DNA of 63,999 nucleotides, filler included, from Stramenopiles sp. TOSAG23-3 (taxonomy: Eukaryota), in NCBI GenBank assembly GCA_900128585.1. It is 16 parts of 16 records of this genome, joined end to end, with 100 filler letters (N's around TTAATTAATTAA, not from the genome) between each part and the next. Parts side by side here need not be neighbours in the genome. Positions count along the whole stretch, not along the records: positions 28,257 to 32,182 come from LT644024.1; positions 32,283 to 36,200 come from LT644025.1; positions 36,301 to 40,218 come from LT644026.1; positions 40,319 to 44,223 come from LT644027.1; 12 more parts are not named here. The stretch is one strand, 5' to 3'. The position numbers and the translations under genes are program-made. Position 1 is the stretch's first letter. The number at the start of each line of letters is the position of its first letter. Below are positions 31,684-42,969 of this stretch, one piece after another. A model generated the notes under the pieces. That model searched no databases and was not told where the DNA came from. It was given only the letters and a program-made list of their open reading frames with translations.

Positions 31684-33313
31684 GTGTCCTTCTTATGCCA
31701 GTTTGCAAGACCGTCACAACAAGTGTAAGCGATAAGAAAATAAAGGAAAACACTTTTCACGGCCGTACAGTCACAATTAACTCTACAAACCAAAACATGT
31801 TCGAAATGTGGTCAATCAAAAGCTATTAATTAATTATTACTTTACAATAATAAAAAAAAGATGGGCAATTTGGAGTACGGGCAGACTGACTGCTGACTGC
31901 AAGAAGTGTTTTTTTTCTGAGGAAGCCACTTTCATCTTCCCCTTCTTTTATCACATGTTTAAGGATTTTCATGTATTTATATAACATACGCGTAGCATTA
32001 AAGTGATTAACATATCATAGCATTGTTGTTGTAACAAATAACGACGAGATGCGAGAAATATTTAAGATGAGAAAAAGAAGGAAGGAGAAACTTCAAAAAA
32101 GGAGGGGAGAAACTTGAAAAACGGAAAAGGGGGGGGGGGGATTTGCTGGCTATAAACAGCCAGTGAGACAAAGTGTAATTAANNNNNNNNNNNNNNNNNN
32201 NNNNNNNNNNNNNNNNNNNNNNNNNNTTAATTAATTAANNNNNNNNNNNNNNNNNNNNNNNNNNNNNNNNNNNNNNNNNNNNTGATCTAGTTTAATACAA
32301 GTGGTTTGGTGGGAAGAGGAGGAGGAGTTGATTCCCACCTGTTGCTGCTGCTCGTACACCCGTACCCGTACGTGAACCTGTATTAAAAGTATACCGGTAG
32401 TATAATATTAATATTAATACTATTACAACCAACCAGACTGCAACAGAAGAATCCAATAAAAAAATGCTCAAAACAAAGAACAAAAGGTGATGAAGAAGGA
32501 TGATGATGAAACATCCTTCTATCTTTAGCCTATTATAAGTAATAATATAAAAAAATTGTTATTATTTTAACTACTAATAATTCTCCATCGTTGAAGTCAT
32601 CTCAATCAATATTTTATTATTATATTTTCTTCTTCTTCTAGTGTGGTGTGCTGTGTGTAGCGTGTTGTGGTAGTGTTGTGTTTTGCTGTGTGTAGCGTGC
32701 TGTGGTAGTGTTGTGTGGTGCTGTGTGTCGCACGACGACAATCACACGTTACACGCGTAGAAGAACAACCTTTATTATAACGGCGGTGATCCGGCGGGGG
32801 AAGGTCCCGACAAGTAGGATGAGGTACTTGCTACGATACGAGCCGTGTGGTGAACAACCCGTTTCCCATGATATACACTACGAATTGTCCCATTATGAGT
32901 CATCAAGGAAATACCATTGCTGAAAAGGAATAAATATTCGGGTATATTCACCGAGTTATTTTTCAGGAGAGGTGGTGGTTGGAAAACCACCCATCATCTC
33001 GCAGCGTAGCAGCTTTTTTTTTGTTGATTATTTTATTATATATGGTTGATTATTTCGCCTAGGTACGGACTAGCAAGGCGAGCTAGTTGACCGACGCGTA
33101 CCAAATTATATGTGATGATCATTTCGATCAATATGATGCACATACTCGGATGGGTTGGTAAATTGTTTCAGGGTTTCAAATACGATGCGTATTTTGAAAG
33201 TTGACCCAGAGTTAATCTCTATTTTGAAACGTTTACAACATTTCAACAAACATTCACACCTTCAATTATTTTTCGTCACAGTTTTCGCTGTATAGTTTGT
33301 ATTCGAAGAGGAG

Positions 33314-34592
33314 ATGGTGAACGTTTGCCATAAATTGTTGTTTTGTTTGTGGCTATGCTTGGTGGTCATAAGCTGTGCAAGGGCCAGAGACTGCTTGGTC
33401 TTCAATTATACTGGTACAGAACAAAATGTTACAGTTCCTGCTAATGTTGTGTCGATTACATTCTATTTATGGGGGGCGCAAGGTGGAGATGGTGCAGCCG
33501 TGGAGAATAATGGTTACTGCTTAACTGGGGGTAACGGTGGACGTGGCGGTTTCGCATCTGCAGCCTCGTTATTCTTCTCCGCAGGCGAAATGTTCTATAT
33601 TTACGTTGGTGGTAAAGGAAGAAATGCCGTGCCAGGTGACAACCAAGCTGGTGGAGGTTGGAATGGTGGCGGTGGGACAAAAGATACACATGAAGGAGCT
33701 CCAGGTACTGAAGGACCTTGCAACCCGGGTGAGGGAGGCGGTGCCAGTGATATTAGGTATGGTAACAATACATTAACGGACAGAATAATTGTATCAGGTG
33801 GTGGGGGGGGTGCAAGTGGATACTATAGCAAAAATGGTGGGGAAGGCGGAGGATTAGTTGGACAACATGGTGGTGGGAGAGTGGATGGATCTGGTGCGTT
33901 TTATGGATTTGGTGGCACACAGACTGCTGGTGGCGCAAGAGCGCCCTTTAATAAATATAACAGCGCAATTCCAGGTGGATTTGGTAACGGCGGATATGGT
34001 GATGGAAACTGTGGAGGTGGTGGAGGCGGTGGAGGATACTACGGAGGAGGGGGGGGGGAAACTAGAAGGGGGTGGGGGAGGAGGCTCATCGTTTTATAAT
34101 GTCTCTTACTTCACATCTGCAACGACAGTGTCAGGCAATCACACCGGCAATGGTAGAATCCAAATGTGCTTCAAATGCAAGTATGGGCATATGGGAGCTC
34201 ATTTTGAAGCTGCTAACAAATATTCATGCACCCCATGGATGAATTGCTCCCCTGGCCATTACATCTCCACTAACGGCACAAGCAGTACTGACCGTACATG
34301 TTCACCTTGCAGCACAGGTAAATACTCCACTTCCGCCAACGCTTTTCAATGCAATCCGTGGACCAATTGTGCAGCAGGGGAAAAGATAGCTGCAAACGGA
34401 ACAAGCAGTACCGACCGTACATGTTCACCTTGCAGCGCAGGTAAATACTCCACTTCCACCAATGTTTTCTCCTGCATCGCCTCGACGAAAAAGACGTTGC
34501 GATCTGTTGACGATGACGAATTGAATGCTGGGGTAAGAATGGTCCTAGGTATATCACCATTCCTGTGCTTGGTGTTTGCCATGGCATTTTAG
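33314..34592 (+). CDS. Secreted glycine-rich (ALK/LTK-type) domain + two TNFR-like Cys repeats + hydrophobic tail; frameshift in a G10 run
   Basis: Signal peptide, FNYTGTEQNVTVP, LWGAQGG, GGGASDIR and RIIVSGGGGG. Deleting one G from 34049-34058 joins GGYYGGGGG to KLEGGGGGGSSFY and then two NGTSSTDRTCSPCS.GKYSTS repeats. Confidence 0.85.
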
Positions 34593-35037
34593 ATGAGAAC
34601 GTTTTGGCAACAAGACACTATTATTGTGGTGGTAGTTAACCGGATTGCTATAAGGAGGCTTCCACGCTGACACTCGAGAATATATTTTTGAATTTTTATT
34701 TTATTTCGTAGTTAATTTTTAATTATTTTAAGGAACCAAAGAGACCAGCTTCTCTATCCGATGAACCAAACGTGTACTACTACACAATTTTTTATATTGT
34801 TAAAATGTTACTCTTATTTTTTATAAAATTTTATACACACTGTGAAACTATAAACCTATGAAACGAATATTGAATTATCTTAAAATCGACTACGATTAAA
34901 CACTACGTCCATATAGAGAGATGGTAAACTCAATATGCTTCTTGTCTTCAACGAGGGTCGTATCAAGCGTATTTAAAAGTGCTATAAAAATTACAAAGAA
35001 GAAACTCTCATAAATATATTCTCCTAGACGCCACGTT

Positions 35038-36007
35038 TCATTCGTCCTGCACCTCATCTAACACTTCTTGTAGGTCATACATGCCACCGAATGAGGGCCG
35101 CCGGGAGTGAATCGTTTTGAAGTTGTTGCTCTTTGGCAATGCGGGCGAATCGTACGCATACGAGCTACGGCGTCGGCTGTCTACAATGTTCAAGTCGACG
35201 TTGTCTTCCATCGCGCCTTTGATGGCAATGTCTAAATCACTGTTTTGTTTTATCGCGATAGAACTATTTCTACGATGTAATTTTCTGCTCGAGCGCTCCT
35301 GCTGATCGGACGCAACATTAACATGCCCTTTGTCAATCTCGCGTGTGATGTCGATGGCATTAGGCCGAAGAACAAGATCCAAGATACCAGCTGGAAAAGG
35401 AATGTCCACATGTTCCATGCATTGGTTTCAAACAGCACTTTGCATTGCATGGTTGCAATCAAACAGAAACAAACCATTGTCCCAAAACACGCCAAACCGT
35501 CGTACTAGTTTACCCGCATCCATAAGCATCAGCTTTTTCAAGTTGGCCTTAACGCACATGGGCGTGGTTTAGTTTACTCTCCCTTGCAACGGATATTTCC
35601 AATGTTTTGCTGTATAGTTTCATTTCATTCAGCACGTTTTCTGCTTCCTTTATGTGCATATTGTACTTTTCTTTCAAAGCACGCTGTACTCTTGCCTTAT
35701 CGTTGTTGTCGGACTGGAGTAACAATTCTAAACGGCGCTCCTCGCGCTGTCTTTGATGCCTCTCTTTGTGCAATAGTGCATTCGACAAACAAAACCCGAC
35801 GTTTCTGTGCCTTGACCTCCACCGTTTACGTTTTTTGCGTTTGTGCCGTGTCACGGTCAATGCTTTAGCGGCTTTAATGTGTTTATTGTGGTGCCTCAGA
35901 ATGTGTTTGTGCTCCCATACCGCTAAGGCCCCTGCCTTAAAATGAGTCCCTACTTCAGGGCGCTGCAAATATTCTAATGTTCCAAACGACATTCCTGTCT
36001 TACGCAC
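35038..36007 (-). pseudogene. Disrupted ORF (basic/coiled-coil region, then a possible PH-like segment)
   Basis: A frame change occurs near 35570. The frame reading ANLKKLMLMDAGKLVRRFGVFWDNGLFLFD has an in-frame TGA at 35428-35430, then continues into the 35038-35418 ORF. Confidence 0.45.
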
Positions 36008-36867
36008 CCCGCCGTTCTCTCAGTCTTGCTTCATAAAATAGTTGGGGGGTGTGTCTGTATTTATTCTTTCTACTCAGAAGAAATCACAATCTTTCGTCAT
36101 TGTTCACTAGATATGTAATTTTGATCTAGTTTAATACAAGTGGTTTGGTGGGAAGAGGAGGAGGAGTTGATTCCCACCTGTTGCTGCTGCTCGTACACCC
36201 NNNNNNNNNNNNNNNNNNNNNNNNNNNNNNNNNNNNNNNNNNNNTTAATTAATTAANNNNNNNNNNNNNNNNNNNNNNNNNNNNNNNNNNNNNNNNNNNN
36301 AAGGGTAACATATTCTGGGATTCATGGTTGTATCACACTGATAATCTTATTTACAAGTATCAATTTGCCAGAAACGACAAATATTATAACATAAGTACAT
36401 TAATCCTTAACTTTTAATTATCTTTTATAGCCGTTTCATCGATTATATTGAAGCGAAGTATAAATAAGGAGAAGGAAATATTTTATTATTTATTAAGGTA
36501 TTATAATACTAAAATCAGTTTTTTTAGATTTAGATTTCGGCCTGTTTGTTGTTGTGTGTTGTGTGTGTCCATCAAAGCAGTTATTATAATAAAAAAAATA
36601 ATAATATTATCTTCTTTCTTCTATTCTTGCCCTTCTTCTTCTGTGTGTGTCTTTCTTGTTGGCAACAATGTTATTGTTGTTGTTAAAGACTGGTTTCTTC
36701 GTTATTTTATCATGAATTTTCAAATAGATAAATAAGACCACTGCATCACATTCCAATCCTTCCTTCCCGCCGACACTACCCAATGACCATTTACTTCTCA
36801 CCGTGCAGCCCAAATTTGCCTACCTCAATTTCAAGCAGAAACCTTTCGTCGCTTTGTTAAATTTCCC

Positions 36868-38463
36868 ATGGAACTTGCTCCCAATAAGAACAACAACGGC
36901 GATGCTGGGGAAGAAGGGCGCGTGGCAGGGGAGGGCAAGTTGGGTGCACCCCCCGACACGGCAGTGCCTATGCACCTGCCCACTAAGGGGGGAGAAAACG
37001 GCACTGGGGCGGCCGCAGGCTCGGGGAAAGCGAGGCCTCGCGTATTTTGGATGGACTGGTGCAGGTCGCAGAGTGTGTTTAATGTTGTAGCAGGGCACAT
37101 ATGGTGGGACGTGAAAGACTTGGCCGGCCTGGCCGACGACAGCAACGTTTATTTGCCGCCCTGGGACGAGCAAACTAGGATTATCGAATACGCAGTGGAC
37201 CAAGGGACATTCCATACGATCCCCATGTTTTTTCTTGTCACGGGATACTTGACCTCCATGGGACTCACGGTTGACGACCGCGGCATAAAACGTTTCTTGA
37301 CGCGGCGCGTCCTGCGCATATTACCGCCGTACCTGGCGGGCGCGCTCTTGTGGGCGTTCGTCCAAAGTGTGTTTCGGGGCGCCCCTGTGACTGTCGGGCT
37401 GTTCCTGTTTTCCCATCTCTGGTTCCTATGGGCCCTGGCCCTGATTCAGCTGGCCTGCCTCCCTTTCTGCGTGATGGCACGCTTCGTTTTAGACCGCACC
37501 GTGCCTTGGACGCAAGAAAAGAAAAAAATGTTTGGGATTATGTTCGCCGTGAACCTGGTCTTCAACGTGGTGTTCGCAGTGGTGATGGAAGTCTTGTTCC
37601 ACTTGCTCGACGATGGCCGGGGGGCGTGGTTGTTTGCGCTTCCCTTCGTGTCACACGTCCCTTTGGCATTTTATTACTTGGGGAACCTCCTGCTTCGCAA
37701 CGCCGTGGGGCAAGACGGCGGCGAGGGCAACAGTCGCAACCGCTTCTACGCTGACCTTCTGCACCTCTTCGGCTCGCTCCTGGTGCCCCTGTCGTCTTTC
37801 ATATTTTTGGGGGCCAACGACGTCTGCCCACTCTCGATTTGCAAAAAGTACCAGTGGGTGTCCCAAAACTTGGTGTATGCATTGGACTTGATCATCGTCT
37901 GCAACCTCACCGGCTTTGTTGCAGGCGAGACAAGACTTCAGTTTCAGCGTGTCATGACTGCCACGAAGTGGAACGAACTGGTCCCTATCCTGGCGCTGCT
38001 CGTGTCGTGTTTTTGGCCCCATTTCACGTACTGGGCCCCGCAATACATTCGCCGGACCATGTTTTTAATGACGTACCAGTCTACTCCAAAGCCTGGGTCT
38101 CTGGTTGGGTACAACCAGTCCAATACTGACCCGGCTATGAACAGTGGCCTTGCCCCAAGCTGGGCAATTGCCAGGATGTGGTTCTGGAGCATCATGATCA
38201 TCCTGTTTGCCAAAGGTTATTGCAATTTTGCATTCCATAAAAAATTTCACGTCCACTTGACCCAGAGTGGTATGATCCTGTACATATTCCACCGATTCTA
38301 CGACCCGTCCGTTGCTGCTGTCATGTACAACGCAGGAGTAAAGGAACCGGCGCTTTTAACTTACGTGCTGATTTTAATTACCCTAGCGCTGTGCTACCTA
38401 ACGTATGCGCTTATTATGACCAACAAATGGACGAGGGGGCTCTTTGGTGTCCTGCGCGTTTGA
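36868..38463 (+). CDS. Acyltransferase-3 (OpgC/OafA-like) multi-pass membrane protein
   Basis: RVFWMDWCRS..VVAGH, IPMFFLVTGY, FLTRRVLRILPP, SHLWFLWAL and MILYIFH, with about 10 TM segments. Confidence 0.85.
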   Translation: MELAPNKNNNGDAGEEGRVAGEGKLGAPPDTAVPMHLPTKGGENGTGAAAGSGKARPRVFWMDWCRSQSVFNVVAGHIWWDVKDLAGLADDSNVYLPPWDEQTRIIEYAVDQGTFHTIPMFFLVTGYLTSMGLTVDDRGIKRFLTRRVLRILPPYLAGALLWAFVQSVFRGAPVTVGLFLFSHLWFLWALALIQLACLPFCVMARFVLDRTVPWTQEKKKMFGIMFAVNLVFNVVFAVVMEVLFHLLDDGRGAWLFALPFVSHVPLAFYYLGNLLLRNAVGQDGGEGNSRNRFYADLLHLFGSLLVPLSSFIFLGANDVCPLSICKKYQWVSQNLVYALDLIIVCNLTGFVAGETRLQFQRVMTATKWNELVPILALLVSCFWPHFTYWAPQYIRRTMFLMTYQSTPKPGSLVGYNQSNTDPAMNSGLAPSWAIARMWFWSIMIILFAKGYCNFAFHKKFHVHLTQSGMILYIFHRFYDPSVAAVMYNAGVKEPALLTYVLILITLALCYLTYALIMTNKWTRGLFGVLRV

Positions 38464-38570
38464 TATTTATTATTTTTTAATTTTTTTTCACAAACAGTGT
38501 AGTCAGTACAGGTACTATCTATGTTAGTACTTTAAAAGTAAAGATATGTTAAGTATTAGATTATACACAA

Positions 38571-39835
38571 CTAAACAACCTCATCTGGGTCGTCCATGTC
38601 GTCCGCACTTGCTGCAGCAGCACTAGACCCGGATCCTTCTTCGCTTCCTGTCGCCGATCCAGAACCAGTACCAGAACCAGTGCCAGAACCGGAACCCTCT
38701 TCGCTACCCGTCGCCGATCCAGAACCAGTACCAGAACCAGACCCTTCTTCCGAACCAGACCCTTCGACGGAGCCAGACCCTTCTTCGGAGCCAGACCCTT
38801 CTTCCGAACCAGAGCCTTCGACGGAGCCAGACCCTTCGACGGAGCCAGACCCTTCTTCCGAGCCAGATCCTTCTTCCGAACCAGACCCTTCTTCCGAGCC
38901 AGACCCTTCGACGGAGCCAGATCCTTCTTCGGAGCCAGATCCTTCATCTTTCTTGACAAGCTTTTTCATACCTTTCTTAGCCTTTTTCATGCTTTTCTTG
39001 GTCAGTTTCATTGATTTCTTCTTCTTCTTCGGCTTTGGTTTCTCTTCGGAGCCAGACCCTTCTTCCGAACCAGACCCTTCTTCCGAACCAGACCCTTCGA
39101 CGGAGCCAGACCCTTCTTCCGAACCAGACCCTTCTTCCGAACCAGACCCTTCTTCGGAGCCAGACCCTTCTTCCGAACCAGACCCTTCTTCCGAGCCAGA
39201 GCCTTCTACTGAACCAGACCCTTCTACTGAACCAGACCCTTCTTCCGAGCCAGACCCTTCTACGGATCCAGACCCTTCGACGGAGCCAGATCCTTCTTCC
39301 GAACCAGATCCTTCTTCGGAGCCAGACCCTTCTTCCGAGCCAGATCCTTCATCTTTCTTGACAAGCTTTTTCATACCTTTCTTAGCCTTTTTCATGCTTT
39401 TCTTGGTCAGTTTCATTTGCTAACCATTGACTTCTTCTTCTTCTTCGGCTTTGGTTTCTCTTCGGAGCCAGATCCTTCTACAGAGCCAGACCCTTCTTCC
39501 GAACCAGATCCTTCGACGGAGCCAGACCCTTCTTCCGAACCAGACCCTTCGACGGAGCCAGACCCTTCTTCCGAACCAGATCCTTCGACGGAGCCAGACC
39601 CTTCTTCCGCGCCCGTTGCTCCGGTGCTCGCGCCCGTTGCTCCGGTGCTCGCGCCTGTGGCGTCGGTTGTTTGTTCGTCTTCATCATCATTTTCTTTTGC
39701 AACCTGTCTTGCTTCTTCTTCTTTTCCGGGCCCTGACGCCAACTGCTCGCCCTTGGAGTGGCGTAATAAGCCAGCATCGCTCACAACCACAAAAGCGAGA
39801 AGCAGTATTAAAAGTGAATACAACGTTAACTTCAT
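38571..39835 (-). CDS. Secreted low-complexity repeat protein ([12 protein letters not shown] hexapeptides alternating with Lys/Met-rich blocks); frame break at 39414-39427
   Basis: Signal peptide [21 protein letters not shown], 18-bp repeat arrays, and two copies of [31 protein letters not shown]. The first copy carries 11 extra nt (ATG-GTTAGCAA-ATG). Confidence 0.8.
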
Positions 39836-40360
39836 CCTTCAATACGGTTCGATTTCTTTCCTTCGCTTTTATTGCAAACGTTCGATACTCTACCTTTTAT
39901 TTTTTCCCGTTATTGAGGTGAAGCCAAAAATTACACTCTATTCCACCGATAGACTCTTTCTACAATTGTACAAACCTCCCTCATACACCAAAGTTCCACC
40001 GGTTCAGAATTCAGAATGTACACAAGTTTCTCGCTCCCAAGGTCATAATAATTTCATTTTTTTTATTATTATTAAGAAGTACCAACCCCGCTACACCGTT
40101 TAATACTAGAGCGCTCTATTGCATCAAAAATCCTCCCCCCCCTTTTTATTGATCATGTTAACTTATAGGTCAATGACATCACCTTCCTCGTTTCATAATA
40201 CTTACTAAAATAATTTAANNNNNNNNNNNNNNNNNNNNNNNNNNNNNNNNNNNNNNNNNNNNTTAATTAATTAANNNNNNNNNNNNNNNNNNNNNNNNNN
40301 NNNNNNNNNNNNNNNNNNGGGGGGGGGGGGTTATGATAAAGATCGGTTATGCTTTGTGCT

Positions 40361-40425
40361 TAAGATATTTTAAAAACAAGAAAATTGGCTGTTATTTAAG
40401 TAATTAAATTTAGCTAAGATATTTT
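40361..40425 (-). mobile_element. Solo full-length 43-nt motif (40372-40414) flanked by the 11-bp direct repeat TAAGATATTTT
   Basis: TAAGATATTTT-AAAAACAAGAAAATTGGCTGTTATTTAAGTAATTAAATTTAGC-TAAGATATTTT, read directly from the sequence. Confidence 0.75.
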
Positions 40426-40479
40426 TATTTATTAAGACCACCCGGTCACTCTCGTTCCTCCTTTAAAGTACTACTCGCA

Positions 40480-42468
40480 TCAAACGGCAGGGCTCGAGTT
40501 GAATTTCGCACGCTCCTCAATTTCCTTCATTACTCTCAAAACCATCTCGTCGTTGTACGGTAGACTGGCCACTTGGACACCAACAGGCATTCCTTTACTC
40601 CCTTGAGTCTCTTCCATAGCGGCCTTGTCCAAAGAATCGTTCGCCGGCGTTCCCACATAAACGCCGTCTTCGTCTTCCCGTACCTGGGTCACTGGCACAA
40701 CACCACATGGCCAGTCCAGGAGATTCCACATGGTATTATAATGGAATGACGCTTGCAACTTTCGAAACCCACCATGCGTCAATGCTGGCAAGGACGATCC
40801 TGGGGATACGATTACGTCAAGCTCCAGCGCTTTGGCCATATGAACCCACTTTTCTTGGTAGCTCTTCATTTTTGCCACCAGTCCCCAGTACTCGTACGTA
40901 CTCCTCGCGCCCAAACAGCGGTTTAGCATTGCTTTTCGCGGTTCTCCCAACACGTATTTCAATACGGCCGAAATGGGTGCTCGCAGCAAGTTCGGGATAA
41001 GGCTGTACATGTATATCATTTTGTAGTTTTCAACAAACTGCTCTCCGTACAGCCCTTCCCGCATGGACCGCAGCTGCCCATCGCTAGACAAAAGCCCTGC
41101 GTACAGGCCAAAGCCCTCTGCACTGGACGGCACGGCATCGTAAATGTCAATGCATTCGTGCCCAAGGGCGTATAGGTGGTCGACGGCCTCGTGTACGGCC
41201 CTATTGCATGCCGGGGAGGACGGGAAGTATGGCGAAGATGCGAAATAGCCGATCCGTAGCCGACGTTTCCCGGTTAGGATATCCTTACGCCACGGAACTG
41301 GAGGGCGGTAAGGATCGTGGCTCCACATCATTCGTCCCTTTCGCGGCTCCAGCATCGCCCGCGTGTACAGTACAATGTCGTCGACGGACCTCGCCATGGG
41401 CCCGCTCGTTGATCTGATAGCCAGTTGCCCGTTTTGGCCATTGTATCGTGGGGCGCGCATGCCAAGTTTCGTCAGCCGAGTTGATGTCGGCTTCAACCCA
41501 CAAATCCCACAAAAGTGAGCCGGTATTCGTATCGACCCCCCGATGTCCGTGCCAATTCCAAGGGGGGATGCATGAGCGGCAATCAGGCCTCCTTCGCCTC
41601 CTGAACTTCCACCCACCGTCCGCCCGAAGTTGTGCGGGTTGAACGACCGACCAAACACGTTATTGTCGGTTTCTGGGACCATCATTGCTTGGGGGACATT
41701 AGAGCGAATGAATGGAATGGCCCCTTGCTCGTGGATGATCTGAAGGTATTTTCCGTCCTTCTCTGCGGGGGAAAAAAGGAAGGCAGGGCAACCGCACGTG
41801 GTGTCGTACCCTTCTTGGTGGAAAAGGTCCTTGATCGACACTGGAAGCCCCAACATTGGAGGCTCTTTTACCCCTTTGTTATTGGAATCGTTTCTCCAGG
41901 CATCCACCATGTCTGCCGCTTGAAGGGCTTCGATGAAACAGAATTCCGTCCCACAGTTTAAAATCTCTTGAATCCCTGCAGCCCGAGCGCAGAACGCAGT
42001 AATAATTTCCCGACAGGTCAACTCCTTCGAACGCATCTTGGCGAGCAGAGTTGTTGCGGACATATGGATGATGTCGGACTCTTTTGGGGGCCGCAAGCCG
42101 TCCAATTTAAGAATTGTCACTACACGCGCGTTGCGTTCCTTTACTTTCACCACCTTCTCTTTCGCAAGTTCCCGCAAAACGGCCCTTCGTTGCCTTGTCC
42201 GGTAATATGCCAAAACTTTGGGGAGAAGAAAAAGGACACTGAACACCCCAGCACCTACAGTGGAGGGGGCAACTGTCGCATTTTTTCGAGCACTGTACAG
42301 TTTGAATATTTTCGTCAACACGTACGACGATATCAAACTAACCGAAAAAGATGGGGCGTCGTCTCCCATGTCTACTTTCGGTGCATCAAGCACAGGGTGA
42401 GGGGACAAACGTGGGGACGCGGACGGGGGCGGCACCGCGTCTTTCATGTCCTTTGAACTTTCAGCCAT
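40480..42468 (-). CDS. Fatty-acid amide hydrolase-like amidase
   Basis: GLPVSIKD, amidase signature GGSSGGEG and GTDIGGSIRIPAHFCG, and GMPVGVQV. Likely start is MAESS at 42468. Confidence 0.92.
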   Translation of the reverse strand: MAESSKDMKDAVPPPSASPRLSPHPVLDAPKVDMGDDAPSFSVSLISSYVLTKIFKLYSARKNATVAPSTVGAGVFSVLFLLPKVLAYYRTRQRRAVLRELAKEKVVKVKERNARVVTILKLDGLRPPKESDIIHMSATTLLAKMRSKELTCREIITAFCARAAGIQEILNCGTEFCFIEALQAADMVDAWRNDSNNKGVKEPPMLGLPVSIKDLFHQEGYDTTCGCPAFLFSPAEKDGKYLQIIHEQGAIPFIRSNVPQAMMVPETDNNVFGRSFNPHNFGRTVGGSSGGEGGLIAAHASPLGIGTDIGGSIRIPAHFCGICGLKPTSTRLTKLGMRAPRYNGQNGQLAIRSTSGPMARSVDDIVLYTRAMLEPRKGRMMWSHDPYRPPVPWRKDILTGKRRLRIGYFASSPYFPSSPACNRAVHEAVDHLYALGHECIDIYDAVPSSAEGFGLYAGLLSSDGQLRSMREGLYGEQFVENYKMIYMYSLIPNLLRAPISAVLKYVLGEPRKAMLNRCLGARSTYEYWGLVAKMKSYQEKWVHMAKALELDVIVSPGSSLPALTHGGFRKLQASFHYNTMWNLLDWPCGVVPVTQVREDEDGVYVGTPANDSLDKAAMEETQGSKGMPVGVQVASLPYNDEMVLRVMKEIEERAKFNSSPAV

Positions 42469-42969
42469 TGCAAACAAATAACCTCTTTGACTCTATCTAT
42501 ATCAGGTGTAATAAAGAAAAGTACATATGATTCTAGACAACATAACACACTGTACGTAAAACGATGTTCCTTTTCTTTACATTGGCCATCTCTTATGATT
42601 TTTTTATCCTCATGGCAACGGTTTGGATTCCTCATCATTCAAAACAAAAAAATTCCAAAAATAAAAAATGAAGAAGAAGAAGGGGGGGGGGGGGGTGGTA
42701 CCCCTTGGTAGGAGGAAGGGTTTCTTCTCTTCCTCCTCCTTCTTCTAGATTATTAAGAAGAAGAAGAGATATGAGATATGATAGAAGAAATATTTATTAC
42801 CGTAATGTGTTTTGATGAGAAGATATAAAGGAGAAAAGAGAAGAGAATAAAAAGCGCGAAGCATGAAGATGAAGGTTGGATTTGAAGTAGTATCATATTT
42901 GATTTAAAATGAGAGTGTCTTAAAACATACTATATAATTTGTTTTTTCATATGATGAATAAAATTTAAT

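Larger units (their letters stand above)
32283..36200. repeat. Contig with identical 79-bp ends (32283-32361 = 36122-36200)
   Basis: TGATCTAGTTTAATACAAGTGGTTTGGTGGGAAGAGGAGGAGGAGTTGATTCCCACCTGTTGCTGCTGCTCGTACACCC forms both termini. Confidence 0.95.

Noticed and set aside
35428-35430. In-frame TGA as selenocysteine or a reassigned codon
   Set aside because: The same region also has a frameshift, and TGA is a normal stop for other genes here, so pseudogenisation is the simpler explanation.
38596-39660. CRISPR-like array, or plus-strand EPDPSS ORFs
   Set aside because: The 18-bp units have no unique spacers and vary at codon positions. The signal peptide is on the minus strand, so the plus-strand ORFs are antisense shadows.
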